From: an uncultured Clostridia bacterium
GTDB taxonomy: Bacteria > Bacillota > Clostridia > TANB77 > CAG-508
DNA: 64,000 nt
NCBI GenBank assembly: GCA_947625645.1
Contig: CANQPE010000003.1
Span: 14,916-78,915, forward strand
Direction of reading: 5' to 3'
Shown: positions 30,702 to 40,627 of the stretch, piece after piece
How the letters are laid out: every line of letters begins with the position of its first letter
Numbering within the stretch: position 1 is the stretch's first letter
Notes under the pieces: model-generated
The model's database searches: none
The model's input: only the letters and a program-made list of their open reading frames with translations
What the model was told of the DNA's origin: nothing
Translations under genes and position numbers: made by a program

Positions 30702-31283
30702 AATTCTCTCCCCCTTTTCATTTTTACTTCTTTTATTATATCATAAAGTCTATTTTTTTCATATATTATAGTAATATTTTATAAAAAGGTGAGATAAATG
30801 AATATTGTTCCTACTAATACAAATTATACCTATACTCTCATGGTACAAAACTTAAATACTTTAGTAAGAAAGTACACTTTTTTAAACTTGCAAACGGTTG
30901 GCAACAGCGTAATGGGAAAAGATATCTATGTTGTCAAATTAGGAATTGGTCCTAACCGTGTGTTTTATTCTTCTTCTATTCACGCAAATGAATGGATTAC
31001 AAGTATTCTTTTAATGAAATTTATAGAAGATTATTGCCAAGCTTATGTTTCTGATACTACTTTATATGGTTACTCCATTCGAAAACTTTTCCGTTCGTCA
31101 ACCATTTACTTAATGCCAATGGTAAATCCTGATGGTGTTGATTTAGCTACTGGCTCTATGGATTCTAATTCTGCTTATTTTAAAAATGCAAGAACAATTG
31201 CTACCCAATTCCCAGATATTCCTTTTCCTTCTGGTTGGAAAGCCAATATCACTGGTGTGGATTTAAACTTACAGTTTCCTGCG

Positions 31284-31286
31284 CGG
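31284..31286 (+). other. In-frame CGG at an ORF break (candidate +1 recoding site)
   Basis: Context: cct gcg CGG gtg. The +1 frame GGG TGG GAA gives FPA-G-WE. Confidence 0.8.
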
Positions 31287-31503
31287 GTGGGAATCTGCAA
31301 AGCAAATCAAGTATGCACAGGGGTTTGATAAACCTGCACCTCGTGATTTTGTGGGGTTTGGTCCTTTAACAGAGCCTGAAGCACTAGCCATTTATAACTT
31401 CACTCTATCTCATAACTTTAATTTGATTGTAGCATATCATACACAAGGAAAAGAAATTTATTGGGATTTCCAAAATATCCGTCCAACAGGCGCCTTAGAA
31501 ATA

Positions 31504-31506
31504 CGG
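31504..31506 (+). other. In-frame CGG at an ORF break (candidate +1 recoding site)
   Basis: Context: gaa ata CGG taa, with a zero-frame stop immediately after. The +1 frame GGT AAA TTG gives LEI-G-KLFAKTSGY. Confidence 0.8.
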
Positions 31507-31699
31507 TAAATTGTTTGCTAAAACGAGTGGATATCGTTTGGCAGAAGTTCCTTATCATTCCAGTTTTGCTGGCTATAAAGACTGGTTTATTCAAACCTAC
31601 CAAAAACCAGGTTTCACCATCGAAGCAGGTTTAGGGCAAAATCCGTTACCTCTTTCCCAATTCCATCAAATTTATGAAGATAATTTAGGAATTTTAATA

Positions 31700-32311
31700 T
31701 TAGCATCTATGCAATAAGGCATCCTCACACATAAAATTCCCTCTGATGATTTCATACACTCTATGCATAGGAAGACCTACTGCTGTGGTATAATTTCCTT
31801 CAATTTTTTCAATAAACACACAAAATTCATTCTGAATTCCATAGGCACCTGCTTTATCCATTGCCTTTCCTGTGGCAATCCAGTTATCTATTTCATCATC
31901 TGACATATCCCTTAAATACACTTTAACACTATCATAGGTTTGATGCACTTCATATTTTCCATCCTTTTCTATGAAAATGCTTAATCCAGTTATAATATGA
32001 TGTGTCTTATCCCCTGCTAACAATTCTTTTATCATTTGTTTAGCATGGGGAACCGTTTTGGGTTTACCATATATTTTCCCCTCTTTCACCACAATTGTAT
32101 CTGCCCCTATTACCATTCTATCTCCTTGTGTTCTACGATACACATCATTTGCTTTCGTATAAGCTAACCTTTGCGCTTGTTCTTGTGGTAACAATCCCTC
32201 TTTTAAAACTTCTTTTTCCTGGCTCTCCATGATTTCAAAACTAGGAATTATCAATCCCAATAACTCTTTTCTCCTTGGCGACGCTGAAGCCAATATTACT
32301 TTCATTTTCAT
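31700..32311 (-). CDS. maf: Maf-like nucleoside triphosphate pyrophosphatase (septum formation protein)
   Basis: MKVILASASPRRKELL, GADTIV and KAGAYGIQ. Its 3' end overlaps the peptidase 3' end by 18 nt. Confidence 0.85.
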   Translation of the reverse strand: MKMKVILASASPRRKELLGLIIPSFEIMESQEKEVLKEGLLPQEQAQRLAYTKANDVYRRTQGDRMVIGADTIVVKEGKIYGKPKTVPHAKQMIKELLAGDKTHHIITGLSIFIEKDGKYEVHQTYDSVKVYLRDMSDDEIDNWIATGKAMDKAGAYGIQNEFCVFIEKIEGNYTTAVGLPMHRVYEIIRGNFMCEDALLHRC

Positions 32312-32370
32312 CACATTCCTTTCCAGATATCCATCTCGTTGGAAAAAATTAACTTTTCCTTCTTTTCATC

Positions 32371-33585
32371 TTAACGTTCTTCCTCAAAACTTTCTAAATT
32401 CGTTTTTCCTTCCATTTGTGCTTGACGATAAGCATATAAAAAATCTCTTAAATTATTCTTCATTCCTCTACGTCTTTCTTCCATTGAACTTGCATCACTA
32501 ATAACATCTATGGTTTCTAAATATTCTGTTGGCTTTTTAATTCCTTGTGCATACATTTTTTCCATTAAAAATCGCATTCCACCATTTAAAAATTCCTCTA
32601 ATGTCATTCCTATTGTTTCCATAATCACTTTAAATTGTTCTACTTCTGCAGCATACCCATTTTTCTTCAAATTTCTCTTTCCGGTAGCAAGGTATGCTAT
32701 CATTTCTGCCTTAGCCTCCTCACACCCTTGACCTAATGCATACACGCCTTCCTCTTCAAAAGGCACAGAATAAATTAACTCTGTTCGATATATCACATTC
32801 CCCACATACGCTTGGGTAAAAGCATGTCCTAGTATCTCATGACATAAATTCCATTCATCTATGGTCTCTGCATTAATCACACATTCTGCTGTTCTTGGTA
32901 AATAATACGCTCTTGCAGCTTCATTATTCATATCTTTTTGAATTTCCTCTTGCGATTTTTCTATTATTTTTAATCGAGAAAGATTATAATATAATACTGA
33001 TAAATCTGCATGTGGAAGCTCTTGTCTCAAATTTTCTATTCCTTCTTTTATCCACTGCTGATAGATTGGTTTGATATCTTTACACTCCAAAATTTTTTTC
33101 AAATCATCATATGTTGGATCTTGATATTCCAAATATTGTTTAAATTCTTGTATGGTATCACAAATAATATTTTTTTCATCCTTTTCATCTATGTACTCTT
33201 TTAATTGAAACATCTGTCCTGGTAATACTTTCACCTTTTGCTTACTTTTTTCAAAAAATTTTTCCTCATCTGTTAACATGGATTCCTTTTTAAAAACTTG
33301 TACTAACCTTTTGCCGTCTATCACTTTGGGAATTAGATGATACATTTTTTGCCCTTTTTCCTTTACAGCATGCACAATTGTATCAAACTGCATTTGCATA
33401 TACACTGCATGCAATGGACTTTTATTATACTTCTGATGTAACGCTTGAAACTCCTCTAAAAGTGGATATCTCACTGTTCCGTCTTCCAAAATTCTTAAAA
33501 AATATTTTTGATGATATTGGTTTGACAATAACATAAATTTTCTATTTTGATAAACAATATCAATCAAAAATCTATAAGTCTCCAT
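32371..33585 (-). CDS. Hypothetical protein with an HExxH motif (possible metallopeptidase)
   Basis: 404-aa ORF. The only recognisable feature is CHEILGHAF (HEILGH), followed about 25 aa later by EEGVYALGQGCEE. Confidence 0.5.
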   Translation of the reverse strand: METYRFLIDIVYQNRKFMLLSNQYHQKYFLRILEDGTVRYPLLEEFQALHQKYNKSPLHAVYMQMQFDTIVHAVKEKGQKMYHLIPKVIDGKRLVQVFKKESMLTDEEKFFEKSKQKVKVLPGQMFQLKEYIDEKDEKNIICDTIQEFKQYLEYQDPTYDDLKKILECKDIKPIYQQWIKEGIENLRQELPHADLSVLYYNLSRLKIIEKSQEEIQKDMNNEAARAYYLPRTAECVINAETIDEWNLCHEILGHAFTQAYVGNVIYRTELIYSVPFEEEGVYALGQGCEEAKAEMIAYLATGKRNLKKNGYAAEVEQFKVIMETIGMTLEEFLNGGMRFLMEKMYAQGIKKPTEYLETIDVISDASSMEERRRGMKNNLRDFLYAYRQAQMEGKTNLESFEEER

Positions 33586-33730
33586 TTTTTCTCACCTCCA
33601 CTACAATACGCCCTATATTTTATCATAAAATGCAATTGTTAGCAAGGCTCTTAAGCAAAAAGTGCATGAATAATAATGTCCAAACGCACGAAGTAAGTGC
33701 GTTTGGAACAATTTACATACTTAACAAGGT

Positions 33731-34858
33731 TTATGGTTTTAGAATCACTTTAATACAATTATCTTCTTTCGCATCAAAAATTTCATAAGCATGCCTTCCT
33801 TGTTCTAGTGGCAATGTATGCGTAATAATATCTGTCGCATCCATTTCCCCACTCTTAATTTTTTCTAAGATAGGCTCCACATACCTTGTAGCAGGACATT
33901 GCCCCATCTTTACCGTGATATTTTTTGTAAACATATTGCCAAGCGGGAAATTATTATATTTTGTACCATATACCCCCACCAAAGCAATATGTCCACATTT
34001 TCTAACAGCTTGAGAAGCTATTTCTATGGCAGATTTTGAGCCACCTTGTAACTTTAAAGCCGTTTCCACTTTTTCTACCAATGACATTTTTCCATCCACA
34101 CCAACGCAATCAATCACACAATCTGCGCCTCCATGGGTCATTTCTTTAATATAACTTCCCGTTTCATCATACTCTTCAAAATTAAGAATTTCTGCACCAT
34201 AGCCTTTGGCGTGCTGTAATCTATACCCCACTCTATCTACTGCAATGACTCTTGAAGCACCCTTTAACATACACCATTTTATGGTTAAGAGACCTACTGG
34301 TCCACATCCTAATACCACTACTATATCTCCCTGTTTTACATTTGCAATCTCTGTTCCCCAAAGAGAAGTTGGTAATATATCTGTTAAAAATAGTACTTGT
34401 TCATCTTTTAACTCAGCTGGTATCACTTTCGGACCAACATTGGCATGTGGCACTCTAATATATTGCGCTTGCCCACCTGCATAATTTCCATAAGATTTGC
34501 TATACCCTAGCAATCCACCTACTTCTCCATATTCATTACTATTGTCACATTGACTAAACTCTTGATGTTCACAAAAAAAGCAATGTCCACAGGCTACAGG
34601 AAATGGAACAACAACTCTATCCCCTTTTTTTACCTTTGTCACTTCTTTTCCTACTTCTTCAACAATTCCCATTGTTTCGTGTCCTAATACAAACCCATCA
34701 TACATCCCTTTCACCATACCATGCACCAAATGCAAATCTGAACCACAAATAGCAGTAGATGTGACTTTAACAATAATATCATCCTCTTTTTCTATCTTGG
34801 GATCTTCCACTTCCCTACAATCCACTTTTTGAAGACCATCATAAACAATTGCTTTCAT
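33731..34858 (-). CDS. Zinc-dependent alcohol / formaldehyde dehydrogenase family (MDR) oxidoreductase
   Basis: CGSDLH, GHETMGIVEEVG, the structural-zinc Cys cluster CGHCFFCEHQEFSQC, and the Rossmann motif VLGCGPVGL. Confidence 0.85.
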   Translation of the reverse strand: MKAIVYDGLQKVDCREVEDPKIEKEDDIIVKVTSTAICGSDLHLVHGMVKGMYDGFVLGHETMGIVEEVGKEVTKVKKGDRVVVPFPVACGHCFFCEHQEFSQCDNSNEYGEVGGLLGYSKSYGNYAGGQAQYIRVPHANVGPKVIPAELKDEQVLFLTDILPTSLWGTEIANVKQGDIVVVLGCGPVGLLTIKWCMLKGASRVIAVDRVGYRLQHAKGYGAEILNFEEYDETGSYIKEMTHGGADCVIDCVGVDGKMSLVEKVETALKLQGGSKSAIEIASQAVRKCGHIALVGVYGTKYNNFPLGNMFTKNITVKMGQCPATRYVEPILEKIKSGEMDATDIITHTLPLEQGRHAYEIFDAKEDNCIKVILKP

Positions 34859-34943
34859 ACAAAACTTCCTTTCTCATTACCACAGAAATCTTCTCTGGTT
34901 TTAGAATTAGTATCTGTCAATTTTCATTTATTATACAATATTT

Positions 34944-34984
34944 TTTCCAAAGAAAAACACTGCGCATTTCTTGCGCAATGTTTT
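34944..34984 (-). terminator. Rho-independent terminator after the SDR gene (copy 1 of a duplicated ~55-bp module)
   Basis: The minus strand reads aaaacattgcgca-agaaa-tgcgcagtgtttt followed by tctttgg. Confidence 0.7.
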
Positions 34985-34999
34985 CCTTAAACAAATTTT

Positions 35000-35944
35000 C
35001 TAGCCTTTATACTCTCCTCCATTAATATGCATCACTTGACCTGTCACATAGGAAGAATCTGAGCTTGCTAAATAGATAAATAATGGTGCTATTTCAAACG
35101 GATGCCCCGCCCTTCCCATAGGTGCATCTGAACCTAATGTTGGTATTTTTTCTGCTTCCCAACAAGCTGGTTGTAATGGCGTCCAAAATACGCCTGGTGA
35201 TACCGCATTGACTCTTATATTTTTGGAAGCTAAATTTGTCGCTAATGCTCTTGTAAAACCCACAATTGCCCCTTTGCTTGTTACATAATCAATTAATTCT
35301 GGTTCTCCTCTAAACGTTGTAATTGACGTAACATTAATAATACTTGCACCTGGTTGCATATGTTTTAAAGCCCTTTTCGTTAAATAAAACATAGAATAGA
35401 TATTGGTCTTCATCGTCAAATCAAATTGATCATCTGTAATATCTAGTAAACTTTTTTGTTGATATTGAACAGCGGCATTATTTACTAAAATATCAATTCT
35501 CCCAAATTTATTCATCGTTTCTTCTACAATTTTATCACAAAAACTTGTGTCTTTTATGTCACCTGCCAATAAAAGGCAATTTCCTCCCAATTTCTCAATA
35601 AAATCTTTTGTTTCTTCTGCATCCTTGTGCTCGTTGTAATATGCAATCACAACACTGGCACCTTCTTTCACAAACCCTACTGCAACAGCTCTCCCAATTC
35701 CAGAGTCTCCTCCTGTTATAATTGCCACTTGATTCATCAATTTTCCAGATGCCCTATAATAGGGATTGTTAAAAATGGGTCTTGGGTGCATTAGATATTC
35801 CATACCTGGTTGTGTATCCTGATGTTGTGGTGGAAATTCTAATTTATAATTTTTGCAAATGAGTCCATACCCTTGCTCATTTATGTACTTTAATCCATAA
35901 TCATCTTGCCCATTGTCATTTGACGTATAATACTGATACTTCAT
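35000..35944 (-). CDS. SDR-family oxidoreductase (general-stress YhdF/YhxC-like)
   Basis: TGGDSGIGRA, NNAA, the catalytic YVTSKGA, and an N-terminal QPGMEYLMHPRP segment. The ATG at 35944 follows AAGGAAGGA. Confidence 0.8.
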   Translation of the reverse strand: MKYQYYTSNDNGQDDYGLKYINEQGYGLICKNYKLEFPPQHQDTQPGMEYLMHPRPIFNNPYYRASGKLMNQVAIITGGDSGIGRAVAVGFVKEGASVVIAYYNEHKDAEETKDFIEKLGGNCLLLAGDIKDTSFCDKIVEETMNKFGRIDILVNNAAVQYQQKSLLDITDDQFDLTMKTNIYSMFYLTKRALKHMQPGASIINVTSITTFRGEPELIDYVTSKGAIVGFTRALATNLASKNIRVNAVSPGVFWTPLQPACWEAEKIPTLGSDAPMGRAGHPFEIAPLFIYLASSDSSYVTGQVMHINGGEYKG

Positions 35945-36032
35945 AAAATGTTCCTTCCTTTCCATCAAACATTACCAAATTCTTTTTGGTTCTTTTTTAT
36001 TCATATTCCGATTCACAACATTTGGTGCTATT

Positions 36033-36073
36033 TTTCCAAAAGAAAAACACTGCGCATTCTTGCGCAATGTTTT
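36033..36073 (-). terminator. Rho-independent terminator after the UPF0182 gene (copy 2 of the duplicated module)
   Basis: Near-identical hairpin aaaacattgcgca-agaa-tgcgcagtgtttt plus a T-run. Confidence 0.7.
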
Positions 36074-36087
36074 TCTTAAAACAACTT

Positions 36088-38907
36088 TTATTCCGTGGTG
36101 GTTTCATTATTTTCTTGTGGTGTTTCTTGTGGTTCATCTTTCTGTTCTTCTTGTTTTTCCTCATCTTGCTCTGCTTTTAATGATTCCAATGATTTAATCA
36201 AATCTTGAAGCCTCTTAATATCTTTTCCTACCATTTCCCAATCATCATTACGGTTAGATTCAATTAAATTATTATTCGCTCGAATAATAGAATCAATTAG
36301 TCCATCCATATCTTCCGTATTTTCAATTTCAATATCAACAGCATAGGTAGATAATAAATTAGACAATGCCTCTTTCAAGTTGTCTCCAATTGCCACCTTA
36401 TTTCCTGAAGACACAACAATTTTTTTCAATAACGGAATTTGTGACTCATTTAATCTTGTTTGATAAATTGGCTCTACATATAAAATGGTATTTTCCAAAG
36501 GAACTACAATCATCTTTTTGGTCACCCTTGTTCCTGTTGTATTCAATGCTTCAATTTCCTGTGAAATTGCCTCATCTTGTTCAATCTGTTCTTCTAGTTG
36601 CATTGGTCCTACCACATTACTATCTTGCGAAAACATATACAAATTCAAGCGATTTTTTCCATTTTCCGATGTTCCAATTAAATAGGAAATCACATTTTGC
36701 TTTTCATTCGGTGTATAAATTTGTATCAATCCTAATTTTTCCTTTTCTCCCATCATAACCATAGTATAAAATGGCTCTAAGATTCCTCCAGAAGACGGCG
36801 TAATTTTTGTAGTATTATATTTAGCAAAATCCCATATATCATCTGCACGGTACAAAATATCTGGTTTTGCATTATGGTAAGATTTGATGATTTCCGCTTG
36901 TACTTTATACAAAAAACTTGGATATTTCAAATGCTCTGCAAGATCTTCCGGAATTTCTTCTTTAAACAACCCTTCATACATCGTATAGTAAGCCATCACA
37001 ATAGGATCTGTCTTATCTGTAATATAATATGTAATAGTCCCATCAAATGCATCAATAACAACCTTTACAGAATTTCGAATATAATTGATTCTCTGTTTTT
37101 TATCATGGTATTCTATGGTAGTATATTGTGAATACGGATACTGATCTGATATGGTGTAAGCATCTAATATCCACATCATTTTGCCTGCATCTGTTACTAC
37201 GGTATAAGGTGTTTCATCATACATCAAATATGGCATTGCTTTTTCTGCCCTTTTGATAATATTGCGGTTCACTAATATCTTACTTTCTTCTGTGATTTCC
37301 CCTGAAAATGCTAAATTAATATCTCCTTTTGTTATAGCTAAAATCAGCCTATCCATAAAGTTTAATTTTAATCCTGCTTTTCCATTATAGTTAGAAGTAT
37401 GTTCTTTTCCTGTTGTGTCTGTATAATCATATTCTTTTCTATTTTTCGCATTTGTTGCTACGGTATTTTCTGTTTCCAATCCAAAATAAATCCTTTGTTC
37501 CTGCGTTCCTAGCTTATCATCGTTGCCTTCTATTTCTTTTTGCAAATACGTAATTTCTCCATTTTCTGTAACCTCTGTGGCAGATGTTACAATCTGCCCC
37601 ATTCCATGCGTATATTCATAGGTTTTATTCCCATAAGTCCTGCCAGAATTGACAATTTCACGTGGCGATAGATACACAATTTGATTTTCTCCCTCTATCT
37701 CATACATAGCTAAGTTTGCATTTCGGTATGTATAGTAGCCTGTACCAGTTTGCTTTTCTTCCAATGTGGTTAGAACAGCCTCTTGTTTAACCAATGGTAC
37801 ATTTTCAATGACATTTTGATTGCGATTCACTTCTATATCTGTAATGGTTCCCGTATAGTCTAAATTCGTTTCTGTCACATCAATTCCATAAGCATTGGTC
37901 GTACTTTCAATATTATTGGCAATATACATTTTTTCTTTATCTAATTTGTTAGAATTCACAAACAATACATCAAAAGCCACCATCGCAATAAATAGCCCCA
38001 CTAAATAAATTGGTATGACAAGCAAACTTTTTAGTACCTTTGTTGTATTTTGTCGTTTAAACTGTTGCACTGCCATAATCATTGAACCAATAATCACAAA
38101 GGCAAAAATGGTATACCCCCATCGTTTTATCGTAACATCCGTATAACTAGCTCCTGTTAGCTCTAAATTATTGCTCACGCCATCAAACCTTGTTGTTGCC
38201 GAATTTTCTATTGTTGCAATATTTCCAAATAAAACATCTTGTGTGTTTAAAATGGTTTGCATGCCCAATAAAATACATATGATAATTACATTTCGAAGTA
38301 CTTTTTTTAGCAATCGACTTTCTTTTAACATCTCACTCTCAATACCGTCAAAATATCGATTAAATATGATAATATAGTATAGTGCCATATATACTGTAAG
38401 ACCTACCATTAACATAAACAGATACTGAAGTCCACTTTGAATGAGTGGTCTTTGAAAAATATAGTAACCAATATCTAGCTGAAAAATAGGTTCTGTTTTT
38501 CCAAAAGATGCTTGGCTCATATATAAAATGAGCTTTTGGGTTATGGTATTAGCCAATATCACACTGGTAATGATTGCGATTGTTAAAGCAATGGATTTAT
38601 TCCAAAGTTTCGGCATTTCTTTTTTCTCTTTATCAAAAAATTCTTTCAACCCTTTTTTTATTCCCTTATTTGTAAAATAGATAAGGGTATATATACATAC
38701 AAACAAGATAAACATCACACTATATTTTACTTGGCTATTCACTAAAAATTCTTGGACATACACTTCGCCCAATTCTTTGTACTCTAAATAACTTCCTCTT
38801 AAAAAAACATAGCTTAACATAGCGAAAAGAAGAAGAAATAAAATGACAAAAATCACCCTAGATTTTTTTTCTTTTGTATCGACATGACTTTCTGGCATAC
38901 AATCCAC
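36088..38907 (-). CDS. UPF0182-family large membrane protein
   Basis: 939 aa. The first 320 aa hold about 7 TM helices, followed by a large soluble domain (YIANNIESTTNAYGID) and an acidic tail. Confidence 0.65.
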   Translation of the reverse strand: MDCMPESHVDTKEKKSRVIFVILFLLLFAMLSYVFLRGSYLEYKELGEVYVQEFLVNSQVKYSVMFILFVCIYTLIYFTNKGIKKGLKEFFDKEKKEMPKLWNKSIALTIAIITSVILANTITQKLILYMSQASFGKTEPIFQLDIGYYIFQRPLIQSGLQYLFMLMVGLTVYMALYYIIIFNRYFDGIESEMLKESRLLKKVLRNVIIICILLGMQTILNTQDVLFGNIATIENSATTRFDGVSNNLELTGASYTDVTIKRWGYTIFAFVIIGSMIMAVQQFKRQNTTKVLKSLLVIPIYLVGLFIAMVAFDVLFVNSNKLDKEKMYIANNIESTTNAYGIDVTETNLDYTGTITDIEVNRNQNVIENVPLVKQEAVLTTLEEKQTGTGYYTYRNANLAMYEIEGENQIVYLSPREIVNSGRTYGNKTYEYTHGMGQIVTSATEVTENGEITYLQKEIEGNDDKLGTQEQRIYFGLETENTVATNAKNRKEYDYTDTTGKEHTSNYNGKAGLKLNFMDRLILAITKGDINLAFSGEITEESKILVNRNIIKRAEKAMPYLMYDETPYTVVTDAGKMMWILDAYTISDQYPYSQYTTIEYHDKKQRINYIRNSVKVVIDAFDGTITYYITDKTDPIVMAYYTMYEGLFKEEIPEDLAEHLKYPSFLYKVQAEIIKSYHNAKPDILYRADDIWDFAKYNTTKITPSSGGILEPFYTMVMMGEKEKLGLIQIYTPNEKQNVISYLIGTSENGKNRLNLYMFSQDSNVVGPMQLEEQIEQDEAISQEIEALNTTGTRVTKKMIVVPLENTILYVEPIYQTRLNESQIPLLKKIVVSSGNKVAIGDNLKEALSNLLSTYAVDIEIENTEDMDGLIDSIIRANNNLIESNRNDDWEMVGKDIKRLQDLIKSLESLKAEQDEEKQEEQKDEPQETPQENNETTTE

Positions 38908-38922
38908 TTCCTTTCTCTGCTA

Positions 38923-39828
38923 TTAAATGATAGCTTTCACGAAATCCTCTGCTTGGAAAACCTCCATATCATCAATTTGCTCTCCCACGCCAATAAACTT
39001 GATTGGAATTTTGTTTTCTTCTACAATTCCTACCACTGCACCACCTTTAGCTGTTCCATCTAATTTGGTTAATACAATGCCTGTAATATCTGCTTCTTTT
39101 TTAAAGGCTTGTACTTGCGAAATGGCATTTTGTCCTGTGGCACCATCTATGACAAGGAGCACTTCTTTGTCCGCTTCTGGCAGTTCTTTTTGAATCACTC
39201 TTTGAATTTTATTTAATTCATCCATTAAATATTTTTTATTATGCAATCTTCCTGCAGTATCTACAATTAAAACATCTGCATTCATTTCTCTCGTTTGTTT
39301 AATCGCATCATATACGACAGAAGCAGGATCTACTCCCTCGTTTCTTTTTACAATACCAGCTCCCGCCCTTTTGGCCCAAATTTCTAATTGTTCCACTGCT
39401 GCTGCGCGGAACGTGTCTGCTGCTGCCACAACTATTTTTTTACCTTCTTTCGCAAGGCGGTTGGCTATTTTTCCGATAGAGGTTGTTTTTCCCACGCCAT
39501 TAACTCCCACTACTAAAATGACAGATGGCTTTGTATTTAAGCTTAATCCTGCGTCTGTTACTTCCAAAATTTTTTGCATTTCTTGTCTTAAAGCTACTTT
39601 GACTTCTTCCGCATCTTCAATTTTTTCTTTTTTCATTCTTTCTCTTAATGCTGCAATTAATTTTGTAGACGTCTCCACCCCTATATCAGACAAAATAAGC
39701 ATTTCTTCTAATTCCTCTAAAAATTCTTCATCTACCTTTCGAAAAGCACTAAACACCGTATTAATTTTTTCATTTAATGATTCTTTGGTCTTGTTTAACC
39801 CACTTTTTAATTTATCGAAAAAACCCAT
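38923..39828 (-). CDS. ftsY: Signal recognition particle receptor FtsY
   Basis: GVNGVGKTTSIGK, DTAGRLHN and TKLDGTAKGG. Confidence 0.95.
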   Translation of the reverse strand: MGFFDKLKSGLNKTKESLNEKINTVFSAFRKVDEEFLEELEEMLILSDIGVETSTKLIAALRERMKKEKIEDAEEVKVALRQEMQKILEVTDAGLSLNTKPSVILVVGVNGVGKTTSIGKIANRLAKEGKKIVVAAADTFRAAAVEQLEIWAKRAGAGIVKRNEGVDPASVVYDAIKQTREMNADVLIVDTAGRLHNKKYLMDELNKIQRVIQKELPEADKEVLLVIDGATGQNAISQVQAFKKEADITGIVLTKLDGTAKGGAVVGIVEENKIPIKFIGVGEQIDDMEVFQAEDFVKAII

Positions 39829-40624
39829 TTCTTCCCATTCCTTTCCTTAAACTAGTTTTTATTATATCACAAAAATTTTTTCTTTTCAATTCATTGCCTA
39901 AAATTAATGTTTTGTGGTATACTAAAAAAAACAAAAGAAATGGAGTTGAATTGAAATGACAAACGGAAAAGAAGAAGTCAATGTAGAAAAAATGTATGGA
40001 AAAGAAAGTTCTTTAGAGAAAGAAGCATTTTTAAAAAGCTACCATATTCAAGAATCTGGTCTAACAGAGGAAGAAGCGAATAACCGCTTTCGCCAGTATG
40101 GTTCAAACGAAATTAAACAAGCCAAACCCAAAAGATGGTATCATTACTTTTTTGAAAGCCTGTTTAGTCCTTTTAACAGTATTTTGCTTGGAATTGCCTG
40201 TATTTTATTTTATACAGATGTATATCTGGCAGATACACCTAGTTATGCCAATATCATTGTCATTGCCATCCTTGTTATCTCTAGCACGCTTTTAGAATTT
40301 TTTGAAGAATATCATTCTAACAAAGCTGCTCAAAAATTAAAAGAACTTGTTGCCACAACTACCACAGTTATACGCGATGGAAAAGAAACGCAAATTCCTA
40401 TCACGCAAGTTGTTTTAGGAGACATCATTCAATTATCTGCCGGAAGTTTAATCCCCGCAGACCTTAGAGTTTTAGAAGCAAAAGATCTTTATGTAGGACA
40501 ATCTTCTTTAACAGGTGAATCTGATGCTGTGAAAAAAACTGTAAATACTGAGGTTCCTGTATCTGAATTAGATAGTATTTCAGATTTAGATAATATTTGC
40601 TTTATGGGAACAAATGTAATTAGC

Positions 40625-40627
40625 CGG
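40625..40627 (+). other. In-frame CGG at an ORF break (candidate +1 recoding site)
   Basis: Context: att agc CGG ttc. The +1 frame GGT TCT GCC restores the conserved VSG motif. Confidence 0.8.

Larger units (their letters stand above)
30798..31717 (+). pseudogene. Interrupted CDS (conventionally a frameshifted pseudogene): M14-family zinc carboxypeptidase, gamma-D-glutamyl-meso-diaminopimelate peptidase-like. It needs +1 shifts at the in-frame CGG codons at 31284 and 31504.
   Basis: There are three collinear segments in frames 0, 1 and 2. Segment 1 has the zinc HxxE (IHANEW) and VDLNLQFPA. Segment 2 (31285-31503, no stops) reads GWESAKQIKYAQGF...IVAYHTQGKEIYW and holds the zinc His. Segment 3 has GFTIEAG with the catalytic Glu. 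Confidence 0.75.

Noticed and set aside
39829-39955. M-box (Mg2+) riboswitch or another leader upstream of mgtA
   Set aside because: The intergenic region is only 127 nt, is shared with the divergent ftsY promoter, and I saw no M-box-like conserved helices. This cannot be excluded without a covariance-model scan.
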